Shown here: positions 42,910-54,187 of the stretch, piece by piece
Numbering within the stretch: the first letter of the stretch is position 1
How the letters are laid out: each line of letters starts with the position of its first letter
DNA from: an uncultured Acidobacteriota bacterium
GTDB lineage: Bacteria; Acidobacteriota; UBA6911
NCBI GenBank assembly: GCA_963843575.1
Contig: CAWJKZ010000019.1
Span: 352,001-416,000, forward strand
Reading direction: 5' to 3'
DNA: 64,000 bases
Notes under the pieces: generated by a model
What the model saw: only the letters and a program-made list of their open reading frames with translations
Databases searched by the model: none
Told to the model about the DNA's origin: nothing
Position numbers and translations under genes: made by a program

Positions 42910-45027
42910 ATGAGGATATCCGCCCTGACCCTTTCCCTGGCCCTGGCAGCGGTGCCCTGCCTGCACGCCTCGAGCTCGCCGGCCGTCTTTCCCTCTCCGC
43001 GGCAGATCGAGCTGCGCGGCGAAGAGATGCGGTTGGCCGAAACGCTTCGCATCCTGCTCCCGGAAGCCCCGTCGGCCGAAGACCTCCACCTCGCCCGCTT
43101 CCTCACTGCGGAATTGAGCGACCGCTACGGCGTTGCGCTGCGCACCTCCCGGGTGGCCGCGCTGCCGGAGCGGGGCCCGTTCATCCTGATGGGCTCGGCC
43201 CGGAACCCGCTCGTCCGGCAGTGGACGCGGGCTGCCGGCCCGACCGTTTCAGAACCGGAAGGGTATCGGCTGGAAGTCGATCGCGACAGGGTCGTCGTCG
43301 CCGGCGCCGACGACGCCGGGGCCTTCTACGGTCTCCAGTCGCTACGGCAGCTCATAACGGGAACGAGGCGGGGCGCCCGCATCCAGGGCGCCTCCATCCG
43401 GGACTGGCCCTTCAAGCCGTTCCGGGGCATCAAGCTGTATCTGCCCGGGCACGACAACATCCCCTATTTCAAACGCTTTGTCCGGGACGTGATGGCGCTC
43501 TACAAGTACAACACCCTGATCCTGGAACTGAACGCCGCGATGCGTTTCGACAGCCACCCGGAGCTGAACGCCGGCTGGATTGAGCTCGGGAAGAATCTCA
43601 ACTACACGCGGCGCGACCGATCCTGGGGGCCGGGACACCAATACCAGGACTCGGCCAACGCGGACACGGCCGACGGCGGAGTCCTCGAGAAGGAGGAGGT
43701 TGCGGAGCTGATCGCGTTCGTCAGGCGGCACCACATCGAGGTGATCCCCGAGATCCCTTCGCTGACCCACAGCTATTACCTGCTGACACGTCACAGGGAA
43801 CTGGCGGAAATCCAGGACGCGGAGTGGCCCGACACCTACTGCCCCTCGGAACCCAAGGTCTACGACCTGCTCTTCGACGTCATGGACGAGTACGTGGACG
43901 TGATCAAGCCCGCGATGGTGCACATCGGGCACGACGAGTGGCGTATGCCCGTGGGGGTATGCCCTCGCTGCAAGGGGAAGGACCCGACCGAGCTCTTTTC
44001 CGCCGACCTGAATCTCATCTACTCGCACCTGCGCGCGCAAGGGATCGGGACGGCGATCTGGGGCGACCACCTCATCGAGCCGCTCCGCGGCAAGAAGGTC
44101 AAGCACGTTCCCAACCGCCGGGGAACCCCGTACGATATGCCGGGAGCCCTGTCCCCCGAACAGGTGCGGCAGCTCATTCCAAAGGACATCCTCATCTTCA
44201 ACTGGTTTTGGGACTCCCCGAAATCGACCGGCGGCGAAGAGGGGCTCGGCGAGCAGAACGAAATTGCGTTGTCGGAATGGGGATTCAAGCAGGTGTTCGG
44301 GAATTTCTCCCCGCACATCACGGACTTCGACCGGCGGGCCTCCCGCGCCGGCATCCTGGGAGGGGCGCCCTCGAGTTGGGCGGCGACGAACGAGCTGAAC
44401 TTCGGCAAGGATCTGATGTTCGACTTCCTGGGTTGCGCCAACCTGCTCTGGTCCACCGACCACCCGGACATGAACGCGCTGTCCGTGATCGTGCAGGAGC
44501 GCCTCCCGTCGATCCGCGCGAGCTTGAGCGCGACGGCGCTCCCCAGCCGGGACGACGATCCCGTGCCACTCCAGGCTTTGCCCGCCGCCGGGGCCCCAGT
44601 CCGCATAGACAGCGATGTCAGCAGCCTCATCTTCCTCCACGCCTGTCGCAAAGAGGGGAGCAACCGGGCCGCCTATTCAGGGACGTGGAATCCCGCCGAC
44701 ACGGCCGACCTGGTCGGATGGTATGAAGTTGCCTACGAGGATGGCTTCGTCGGAACTGTCCCGCTGCGCTACGGGGTAAACATCCTGGAAGAGGGGTGGC
44801 TCGCCCGCCAGGCGCCCAAAGACCTGGCCTACGAAGCGGCACTGTCAGGGGGGAGGGAAGGGAAGGCGCGGTTCTCGTTCGAGTGGGTGAATCCGCGGTT
44901 CGGCAAGGTGATCCGGGAGGTCCGGCTGCGGTCCGCTTCCGAAGCCAACCCTGTTTCGCTCGAAAAGGTCAGCGTGGTGCCCCGGCGCCCCGCGCCCGAA
45001 CCCAAACCCTTGCGTCTCGCGCCGTAA
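42910..45027 (+). CDS. GH20-family protein, subtype 2
   Basis: Signal peptide; PEGY.L, GAFYGLQSLRQL, DWP...FRG, PEIPSLTH, HIGHDE. Confidence 0.85.
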   Translation: MRISALTLSLALAAVPCLHASSSPAVFPSPRQIELRGEEMRLAETLRILLPEAPSAEDLHLARFLTAELSDRYGVALRTSRVAALPERGPFILMGSARNPLVRQWTRAAGPTVSEPEGYRLEVDRDRVVVAGADDAGAFYGLQSLRQLITGTRRGARIQGASIRDWPFKPFRGIKLYLPGHDNIPYFKRFVRDVMALYKYNTLILELNAAMRFDSHPELNAGWIELGKNLNYTRRDRSWGPGHQYQDSANADTADGGVLEKEEVAELIAFVRRHHIEVIPEIPSLTHSYYLLTRHRELAEIQDAEWPDTYCPSEPKVYDLLFDVMDEYVDVIKPAMVHIGHDEWRMPVGVCPRCKGKDPTELFSADLNLIYSHLRAQGIGTAIWGDHLIEPLRGKKVKHVPNRRGTPYDMPGALSPEQVRQLIPKDILIFNWFWDSPKSTGGEEGLGEQNEIALSEWGFKQVFGNFSPHITDFDRRASRAGILGGAPSSWAATNELNFGKDLMFDFLGCANLLWSTDHPDMNALSVIVQERLPSIRASLSATALPSRDDDPVPLQALPAAGAPVRIDSDVSSLIFLHACRKEGSNRAAYSGTWNPADTADLVGWYEVAYEDGFVGTVPLRYGVNILEEGWLARQAPKDLAYEAALSGGREGKARFSFEWVNPRFGKVIREVRLRSASEANPVSLEKVSVVPRRPAPEPKPLRLAP

Positions 45028-45068
45028 CGGCGCATCCCCAGGCTGTCGCGGGGCGCCCGGCGCGGATT

Positions 45069-45093
45069 TGGAGTGCGGCGCCTCGACGTTTTT
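45069..45093. repeat. REP family B copy between convergent genes
   Basis: TGGAGTGCGGCGCCTCGACG. Confidence 0.55.
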
Positions 45094-45098
45094 TCCCG

Positions 45099-46433
45099 CT
45101 ACTTGCCTTCCTTCAGTTCCCGCACGGCGGAAATCACGGCCCCCGCCATGTACTCGACCTGTTGCCCGGTCAGGCCGTACAGGGGCAGGTGTGTGTACTT
45201 GTGGCTGAAAACCTGCTCGGTGTTGGGGCAGGTCTCCGAGATGGCGGCCTCGTCGTATCCCAGCTCGCGGACGATTTCGAACTTGTACATCGGGGCGAAG
45301 TGCTGGATTTCAGTCACGCCCCTGCTCTTGAGCTTGGCCTTGAGATCCTGGACGTCTCCGAGGATCGCCGCGGGATTCACCTGCAGCAGGAAGAGGTGGT
45401 GCGTGCTGCGGATCTCGTCGGTGTCGCCGGGCGGGATCACGATCTCGGGGGCCTCAGCGAAGCGCTCGCACAGGTAGCGGAAGGCTTCGCGCCTGCGTTC
45501 GATGATCTGCTCGACGCGCGTCAACTGGTTGAGCAGCACGACCGCCTGGGCCTCGGTGACCGAGAAGTTGCAAGGGGCCACGGCGTTGCCGAACCGGTCG
45601 CGCAAGGCCGTCACGTCGTAGAGCCAGTGCGTGACCTGCTTCGAAAAGTCCAGCCCGCAGAAGCGCGCCTTGGAGAACTGCTCCCCGAGGCTGCTGTTGC
45701 TGACCAGCAGGCCCCCCTCCCCAAGGGACGTGATGTTCTTGACCTCGTGGAAACTGTACCCGCCGAAATCGCCGACGGTGCCGATCTTCTTGCCCTTGTA
45801 CAGGGCGCCGAATGCGTGTGCCGCGTCCTCGATCACGGCGATGCCGTGCTTGCGGGCCACCTCCATGATGGGATCCATGTCCGCGGGATACCCGCCTATG
45901 TGGACGGGCATGATGGCCCGCGTCCTCGGTGTGATTTTGCGGGCTACGTCGGCCGGGTCGATGTTGACCGTCCGCTGATCGATGTCGGCGAAGACGACCT
46001 TGGCGCCGATGGACAGGGGCCACAGCATGGTCGCCACGAAGGTGTTGCTGGGTATGATCACCTCGTCCCCCGGACGCAGCCCGGAAAGCCGAAGCGCGAT
46101 CTCCATGCCGCCGGTCCAGCAGGACAGGAAGCAGGCATGCTTGACGCCCAGCATCGCGGCCGTCTCCGTCTCGAGCTGTTTGACCTTCTGCCCGAGGCTC
46201 AGCTTGCCCGCGTACTGCCCCTCGGCGGCCAGCCCCTCGATCGCCGCCCGCACGGTGGCGAGCTGCTCACGGTAGGATTCAGACTTTCCTTCGGCGGGTT
46301 GAATCAGGAATTCCACGAGCCGGGTGATGTCGTCGCTCGTGACCGGTTCCCCGACGGCGCGCCAGGGTACGGCTGCGTTGCCGGTTTCATAACGGAAATC
46401 CGACTGCTTCTTCTGCTCTGCGGCACCACTCAT
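45099..46433 (-). CDS. DegT/DnrJ/EryC1/StrS PLP aminotransferase
   Basis: GDEVI.P..TF.AT, PVH..G.P.DM, IEDAAHA.GA, SFHEVKNITSLGEGG (PLP Lys). Confidence 0.92.
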   Translation of the reverse strand: MSGAAEQKKQSDFRYETGNAAVPWRAVGEPVTSDDITRLVEFLIQPAEGKSESYREQLATVRAAIEGLAAEGQYAGKLSLGQKVKQLETETAAMLGVKHACFLSCWTGGMEIALRLSGLRPGDEVIIPSNTFVATMLWPLSIGAKVVFADIDQRTVNIDPADVARKITPRTRAIMPVHIGGYPADMDPIMEVARKHGIAVIEDAAHAFGALYKGKKIGTVGDFGGYSFHEVKNITSLGEGGLLVSNSSLGEQFSKARFCGLDFSKQVTHWLYDVTALRDRFGNAVAPCNFSVTEAQAVVLLNQLTRVEQIIERRREAFRYLCERFAEAPEIVIPPGDTDEIRSTHHLFLLQVNPAAILGDVQDLKAKLKSRGVTEIQHFAPMYKFEIVRELGYDEAAISETCPNTEQVFSHKYTHLPLYGLTGQQVEYMAGAVISAVRELKEGK

Positions 46434-46534
46434 GTTTGGCCCCCTTGCTCCAGTTGCCGGGAATTCTACACACAACCGCAGGACCCGCAAAGCGAAACAA
46501 CAACGGCGCAGGCCCGATCTGCAAAGTGAACCAA

Positions 46535-46694
46535 GTGGGTCCGGGCTTCAGCGGACGTCCGCGCCCGTGACCCATTGAATCAAGTGGGTCCGGGCTTCAG
46601 CCCGGACGCAGTTTGCAGTCGCTATGCAGGGCAGGTGGAACTCTATGGAACAGATTTAAAGGCGTCCGGGCTGAAGCCCGGACCCACTTGATTC
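46535..46694. repeat. REP family A triplet
   Basis: Copies at 46535 (2-bp deletion), 46584 and inverted at 46663-46687. Confidence 0.85.
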
Positions 46695-46766
46695 GTCCTG
46701 CCCGGATAGGGCGGTGTTGTGTTACAGTCGGACGCCAAACTGCGAACGTGGAAAAGGAGAGTTCCA

Positions 46767-47810
<1,044 letters not shown>

Positions 47811-47861
47811 AAACGTCGCGCGACAACCCAACGGCGTGTACCAGTAATCTGAGGAGGATTC

Positions 47862-48890
47862 GTGGCCTACGATGGCGTGATTGAAGACATTCGGAAATGC
47901 GTGAATCTGACCCGCCCCGGGCAAGTTCCCGTGTTCGGCATGACCGAGGAATTCGACGTTCGCTGGTACGGTGCCTCGTATGCGGATTATTGTCAGGACG
48001 CCCGCCTCATGGCCAAGTGCCAGATCGCCGCGGTCGAGGCATTCGACTACGACTGGTGCTGGCTGCAGGTGGACGACTGCATCGAGTTCGAACCGCTCGG
48101 CGTCGGCACGAGGTGGGATACCAACATCCTCCGCGCGACGTGCGAGTATCTTCCCCCGACCGCCGAGACGCTTCACAAGCTGCGGATGCCCGACCCTCAG
48201 AAGGACGGGCGTATGCCCGTGCTGCTGGAAGCCATCCACCGCGTCCGGGAGCGGTTCGGGGACACCGTGTGCGTGACCGGCAGGACGGCGGCGCCATTCT
48301 CCTCGGTCGGGCTGCTCTATGGGCTCCAGGAACTCATGCTCATGCCTTACACCAACCCGGAGTTGCTGAAGGATACGCTCGAGTTCTTCGTCGAGCTCCA
48401 GACCCGGTTCGGCAACGCCCAGATCGAGGCGGGCGCCCACGCCATCTGGTTCGGCGACTGCAACGCGTCGTCCCACCTCGTGTCGCCCGAGACCTACAGC
48501 ACCTGGGCGTTCGAGCCGGCGAAACGCGTCACCGAGGCATACCAAAAGGCGGGCGGACTCGTTTTCTATCACGCGAGCGAGGAAGGGAAATCCCTGTCCG
48601 CCATGACCAGGCTTGGGGTGAGCGCCCTCTCCCCCGGTCCCGGCATAAACGTCAAGGACGCCCTCGCGGTGACCCGCGGCCAGGTCTGCATGGTCGGCAA
48701 CCTGGATCCCGTGGGAACCCTCATGAACGGCACGCCGGACGATGTGCGGCGGGAGACCATCCGGATCATGGAAGCCGGGAAAGAGGGGACCGGGTTCATG
48801 TTCGATTCCGGCGAGATGATCCCCCGCGACACGCCGGAAGCGAACATCCGCGCCATGTTCCAGACCGCGCGCGAATACAGCCGCTGGTGA
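47862..48890 (+). CDS. Uroporphyrinogen decarboxylase-fold protein of unknown function
   Basis: PDP.KDGRMP..LEA, APFS, Q.EAGA..I...D, GNLDP...L..GTP..V, IP.DTP..N. Confidence 0.85.
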   Translation: MAYDGVIEDIRKCVNLTRPGQVPVFGMTEEFDVRWYGASYADYCQDARLMAKCQIAAVEAFDYDWCWLQVDDCIEFEPLGVGTRWDTNILRATCEYLPPTAETLHKLRMPDPQKDGRMPVLLEAIHRVRERFGDTVCVTGRTAAPFSSVGLLYGLQELMLMPYTNPELLKDTLEFFVELQTRFGNAQIEAGAHAIWFGDCNASSHLVSPETYSTWAFEPAKRVTEAYQKAGGLVFYHASEEGKSLSAMTRLGVSALSPGPGINVKDALAVTRGQVCMVGNLDPVGTLMNGTPDDVRRETIRIMEAGKEGTGFMFDSGEMIPRDTPEANIRAMFQTAREYSRW

Positions 48891-49003
48891 GCATGTCCCG
48901 CAAAGAAATCAGGAGCGGCGCCAATCCGAAGCAGTGAACCAGGTCCTGAAAGGGGCCTGGCCGGTTTCGTGCTGCCGCTCCGCGGCGGACAGGTGAGGTG
49001 GAT

Positions 49004-51071
49004 ATGACGGTGTCGTGGAGAGGGCTGGCGCTTTGCCTGGTGTGGATTGGGCTCTCATCTTTCGCGGCGCGAGGCGAGATCTCCCGGGAACCCCCGCTGC
49101 CGGCGCCGCAGAAGATCCAGTACGGCGCCCGCAGCGTCCCGGTGCGCGGGTTCCGCGTCTACCTGCCCCCGAACTGCGCGCCGGAAGACCAGTTCGCCGC
49201 CGACGAGCTCGCGTCTTTCCTTTCCACTCGCGCCGCCGCCCGTGTCCCCGTCTCCGGGGACGCCGCCGGCCGCGTGATCGCGTTGAACCGCACCGGGCCC
49301 GTCGACCCGATGCCGGTCCCCGGCGAGAAGCCCGGGCCGGAATCGCGGGAATCGTACAGCCTCGTGATCAAGCCCGACCGCATCGACGTCAAAGCCCGCA
49401 CTTCGGCGGGTCTCTTTTACGCCGTCCAGACGCTTCGCCAACTGGCGGCGGCTACGGGCGATCAGGCCGCTTTCCCCGAGGTCGAGATCCAGGACTGGCC
49501 GTCCCTGCCCTACCGCGGCACCATGGTGGACATCAGCCACGGACCGCTCCCCACGGAAGACGAGATCAAGCGGCAGCTCGACCTCCTGGCCCGCTTCAAG
49601 GGCAACCAGTACTACTTCTACAACGAGGCGAGCATCGAGCTGGAAGGATACCGGCTGATCAATCCCAAGGGGCGCTATACGCAGCCGGAGATCCGGCGGA
49701 TCGTCGCATACGCCCGGGAACGCCACATCGACGTGGTCCCCTGCCTGGAGCTCTACGGCCACCTGCACGACATCTTCCGGCTGGAACGGTTCTCCGATCT
49801 GGCCGTGTTCCCGCACGCCGGGGAGTTCAACCCGGCCAACCCCGAAGGTGAAGGCGCTGCTGGCCGACTGGGTGGAGCAGTTCGCGCGGCTCTTCCCGAG
49901 CCCCTTCGTGCACGTGGGCTTCGACGAGACCTGGCAGATCGCGAACCTCGCCAAGCAGGCCGGGGGCCTGAGCCCCGCGAAACTGTTCGTCGAGCAGCTC
50001 AGGAACGTGGCGACCGGCTTCCAGCGGCACGGCAAGAGCGTCATGGCCTGGTCCGACGTGATGGTTCACTACCCGGAGAGCATGGCCGACATGCCCCCGG
50101 GCATCATCGCGGTCCCCTGGACCTACGACGCCGAGAAAACCTACGACCCGTTCATCGGCCCGCTTGAAAAGAACGCCGTGCCCTACCTCGTCGCCCCCGG
50201 GGTGAGGTGCTGGGGTGAGATCTTCCCGGATTACGACCTCACGTTCGCCAACATCGACGCCTTCCTCAAGGCCGGCCGCCAGGGCAAGGCGATGGGGGTG
50301 ATCAACACCGTCTGGGCGGACGAATCCCAACTGCTGATGCGGCAGTCCTGGCCGGGAATGGCTTACGGGGCCGTCGCAGCCTGGCAGTCTGCGCCCGTCA
50401 GCCACCCTGAATTCCTCGGGGCCTACGCCGGCAAGATGTATGACGCGGCCGCAGCCTCCCACGTGGGACGGGCGCTCGACGGGCTGAACCGCGCCGAGAA
50501 CTTTCTCCAGAAGGTCCTGGGGCAGGAAACGATGCAGGCGCTGTGGCAGGACCCGCTCGCCCCCGCGGTGCTCAAGGGACTTGCTCCCCACCGTGAAAAC
50601 CTCCGGCAGTCGCGCCTGCTGGCCGAAGCCGCGATAGACGACCTGGACGAAGCGATGCTAGCCGGTGCGGATCCCCTGACGGTAAAGAGCCTCCTGGTGG
50701 GTGCGCAGCTCCTCGACTATGCCGGGATGAGGTTCCAGTACGCCCTGGAGTTGCCCGAGCGCTGGGAGAAACTCGGGCCGCGGCCGGACGGCACCGCGTG
50801 GTGGAACGAGTTCGAGGCGGAAGTCATCGAGCAGAACCACGGGCGCATCATCGACCTGATGGAGATCATCGGGGAACTCCGGGACGATTACCGCGCGGCC
50901 TGGCTGTCCGAATACACCCCATACCGGCTCGCCACGGCGCTGGGCCGGTGGGACGGGGAGTTCCAGTACTGGCGCGCCATGCAGGAACGCCTCAGGGCCT
51001 TTTCCCGGACCCGCAAAGACGGGGACCCGCTTCCCCCGTTCCAGCAGGTCATACGAGGAGAAACCCGATGA
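49004..51071 (+). CDS. GH20-family protein, subtype 1 (one frameshift as given)
   Basis: ELYGHLHD, HVGFDE; frame changes in a C-run near 49840. Confidence 0.85.
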
Positions 51072-53125
51072 GGAATGCAGCCTTGCTCCCGTTCCTGTTG
51101 CTCGCGTCCTGGCCGGCGGCAACTGCTGCCACCGGCCCCCTCCTGCCACAACCCCGGAGTGTCCGGGTCACCGAAGGCCGTTTGCCGCTGAAGGACGTGG
51201 CCATTCGCTTTGCGATGAGCCCCGCCCCGGAAGACCGCTTCGCTGCCGCGCAGCTGGCCGCCATCCTTTCCGAGCCCCTGGGCCGGCCGGTCCCGGTCGT
51301 GGAGGCTGCGGGCGGAGGGAAGGCGATCGTGCTCAACCGCACCGCCGGGGTCGATCCGCTGCCGGTCCCGGGAGAGCAGACGGGGCCGGAATCCCGGGAG
51401 GCCTACACGGTCACGATCTCCACCGACGGGGCCGAGATCAAGAGCCGATCCTCGGCCGGGCTCTTCTACGCCGTGCAGACGATCCGGCAGCTCGTGGCGG
51501 GAAACGGCGCCGAGGCGTCCCTGCCCGGCATCGAGATCGCCGACTGGCCGTCCCTGGCCTATCGCGGCACCATGATGGACATGAGCCACGGGCCCCTCCT
51601 GACCGTGGAGGAGATCAAGCGGCAACTCGATTTCCTGGCACGCTGGAAGGCCAACCACTACTACTTCTACAGCGAAGCCAGCATCGAACTGGACGGCTAT
51701 CCTCTGCTCAACCCGGAGGGAAGGTTCACAAAAGAGCAGGTGCGTGAAGTCATCGCCTACGCCCGCGAGCGCCACATCGACGTGATCCCGTGCCTCGAGC
51801 TCTACGGGCACCTGCACGACCTGTTCCGGGTCGAAAAGTACGCCCACCTGGCCGCCCTGCCTCACGGGGGAGAGTTCAACCCCCGGAATCCGGAGGTGAT
51901 GAAGCTGCTGGCCGACTGGGCCGGGCAGTTCGTCGCGTTGTTCCCCAGCCCGTTCGTTCACATCGGCTTCGATGAAACGTGGCAGATCGAGATGGCCGCG
52001 AAGAAGGAAGGGAGCGGCGCCACGCCCGCCAAGCTCTTCCGTCAGCAGCTCTCGAACGTCGCCGGGCTGTTCACCGCGCACGGCCGCAAGGTCATGGCGT
52101 GGGCCGACATCATCGTGAAGTACCCCGAGATCGTCGCCGACCTTCCCCCCGGGCTGATCGGCGTCGCGTGGGAGTACAGCCCCCAGGGGGATTACCAGCA
52201 CTGGCTGGATCCGCTGTCCTCCAGGAAGGTGCCTACCGTCATCGCGACCGCGGTCAGCAACTGGCGCGAAGTCTCTCCCGATTTCGAGTACACGTTCGGC
52301 AACATCGACAATTTCCTGGCGGCCGGCCGGCGGGCCGGGGTCATGGGATTCATGAACACGGTCTGGACGGATTCTTCGCAGACCCTGATCCGGGCCGCGT
52401 GGCCTGCCATAGCGTACGGGGCCGTCGCCCCGTGGCAGAACGGGCCCGTCGACCGGACCCGGTTCTTCCGGGACTACAGCGCCCTGATGTATCCCGAAGC
52501 GGTCGCCTCGGAAGTGGGGCTTGCGCTGGCGGACCTGTCCAGCGCGGAACTCGAATTCCAGAAGGCATTCGGGCAGAACACGATGCGCAGCTTCTGGGAG
52601 GACCCCTTCGAACCCCGGATCCAGCAGAGGCTGGACGACCGGCGCCAGAACCTCCGCCAGACGCGGCTGTCGGCCGAGGAGGCGCAGGAGCATCTCTACA
52701 AGGCTCTGAAGCTCAAGGGCGATCCGACCACGCTCAACAGCCTGCTCCTGGAAAGTCGAATGCTGGATTATGCCGGGCTCAAGTTCCTGACCGCCCTCGA
52801 AGGCGCGGACCGGTGGAAAGAAATGGGGCCGAAGGTCAACCGGGACACGTGGTGGAACACCTTCGACTCGGAATGGACCTACCAGTCGCACGGCCGCCCG
52901 ATCGACCTTATGGACCAGATCACCGAGTTGCGGAAGATCTACCGGAACGCCTGGCTGTCGGAATTCACCGATTACCGGCTGGATTCAACCCTCGTCCGCT
53001 GGGACGCCGAGTACGAATACTGGCGCAGGATCGTGGCGCGCCTGCAGGCTTTTTCGGCCACCATGAAGGACGGCGACCCGTTGCCGCCGCTGAATTCCGT
53101 GCTCCAGGGACAGGTCCGGGAGTAA
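51068..53125 (+). CDS. GH20-family protein, subtype 1
   Basis: ATGA overlap with upstream paralogue; DWPSL.YRG.MMD, ELYGHLHD, HIGFDE. Confidence 0.9.
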   Translation: MRNAALLPFLLLASWPAATAATGPLLPQPRSVRVTEGRLPLKDVAIRFAMSPAPEDRFAAAQLAAILSEPLGRPVPVVEAAGGGKAIVLNRTAGVDPLPVPGEQTGPESREAYTVTISTDGAEIKSRSSAGLFYAVQTIRQLVAGNGAEASLPGIEIADWPSLAYRGTMMDMSHGPLLTVEEIKRQLDFLARWKANHYYFYSEASIELDGYPLLNPEGRFTKEQVREVIAYARERHIDVIPCLELYGHLHDLFRVEKYAHLAALPHGGEFNPRNPEVMKLLADWAGQFVALFPSPFVHIGFDETWQIEMAAKKEGSGATPAKLFRQQLSNVAGLFTAHGRKVMAWADIIVKYPEIVADLPPGLIGVAWEYSPQGDYQHWLDPLSSRKVPTVIATAVSNWREVSPDFEYTFGNIDNFLAAGRRAGVMGFMNTVWTDSSQTLIRAAWPAIAYGAVAPWQNGPVDRTRFFRDYSALMYPEAVASEVGLALADLSSAELEFQKAFGQNTMRSFWEDPFEPRIQQRLDDRRQNLRQTRLSAEEAQEHLYKALKLKGDPTTLNSLLLESRMLDYAGLKFLTALEGADRWKEMGPKVNRDTWWNTFDSEWTYQSHGRPIDLMDQITELRKIYRNAWLSEFTDYRLDSTLVRWDAEYEYWRRIVARLQAFSATMKDGDPLPPLNSVLQGQVRE

Positions 53126-53135
53126 CACACCCACT

Positions 53136-53212
53136 TTCGAGATTCTTAGGGTCTTGGAGGTAAGCTCCGAAAACTCACCCCCAAGACTCGAAGACTCTAA
53201 GAATCTCGAAGA
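53136..53212. repeat. Repeat family D inverted pair
   Basis: TTCGAGATTCTTAGGGTCTTGGAG ... CTCGAAGACTCTAAGAATCTCGAA. Confidence 0.65.
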
Positions 53213-53231
53213 TGAATATGAAGGAGTCATC

Positions 53232-54161
53232 GTGCGATCCTGGCTCTATCTGTTCAGCTGCAACCTGATGTGGGCGCTCCAGTTCACTTGCATAAAGCTG
53301 GTCCAGGACCAGGTGGGCTCGCTGTTTACCGTCTGGGCCCCCATGACCCTGGCCACCGTGATGCTGTATCCCCTGGTCCGCGCCGAGGCCAAGACCTCGC
53401 CGCCGAGAGCGGCACGCGGATGGAAGGACGTGGTCCTGTTTCTGGTCCTCGCCCTCATCGGGGTGTTCCCGGGACAGGTCCTGATCACCTGGGGGACTCG
53501 CCTCTCGCTGGCCAGCAACGCGGCCCTGCTCATGCTGGCGTTCCCGGTCTGCACCGCGGTGCTGGCGTTTCTGCTGCTCGGCGAAAAAATGACCGGTATC
53601 CGGTGGGTCAGCTTCGGCCTGGCCATCCTCGGGGTTCTCTTCTGCTCCAACTTCGACCTGGGGCAACTGGACTTCGGGAAAGGCTTTCTCTTCGGCAACC
53701 TGCTCATCTTTTCGGGCATCGTCGGCAACTCGTTTTACAACTCTTACGGGAAGAAGGTGCTCGAGCGTTATTCGCCCATGCAGATGCTGTACTACACGTA
53801 CCTGGCGATGTTCGTCATCATGACCCCGCTGACCCTGCACGAGGAAATGGATGTCTTCGCCCGGATCCCGCACTTTACCGTTCAGACCTGGATCGGCCTG
53901 GGGCTCCTGACCTTCTTCCACAACTACCTGTCGATGGTTCTCTTCCTCAAGGCCCTGAAACAGCTGGACGCGATCCAGGCGGCGCTGTCCAACTACCTGA
54001 TCACTTTCTTCGGGCTTCCGATTGCCGCCCTCTGGCTGGGTGAGCGGCTCACCGTCATGGCCATCGTCGGAGGGTTCATGGTGCTTGCCAGCACTCTGCT
54101 CATAACGATATGGGACGAGCTCCGCAAGCCGGCCCGTTCTGCGGCGGCAAGCCAGCCGTAG
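53232..54161 (+). CDS. DMT/EamA-family transporter
   Basis: Ten TMs in two EamA repeats (LLGEK, LWLGERL); GTG start after AAGGAG. Confidence 0.9.
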   Translation: MRSWLYLFSCNLMWALQFTCIKLVQDQVGSLFTVWAPMTLATVMLYPLVRAEAKTSPPRAARGWKDVVLFLVLALIGVFPGQVLITWGTRLSLASNAALLMLAFPVCTAVLAFLLLGEKMTGIRWVSFGLAILGVLFCSNFDLGQLDFGKGFLFGNLLIFSGIVGNSFYNSYGKKVLERYSPMQMLYYTYLAMFVIMTPLTLHEEMDVFARIPHFTVQTWIGLGLLTFFHNYLSMVLFLKALKQLDAIQAALSNYLITFFGLPIAALWLGERLTVMAIVGGFMVLASTLLITIWDELRKPARSAAASQP

Positions 54162-54187
54162 CCTGTCAACCACGAGGAGGCTTCCGC

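Noticed and set aside
47862-48890. hemE
   Set aside because: Lacks RQAGR and has no heme genes nearby
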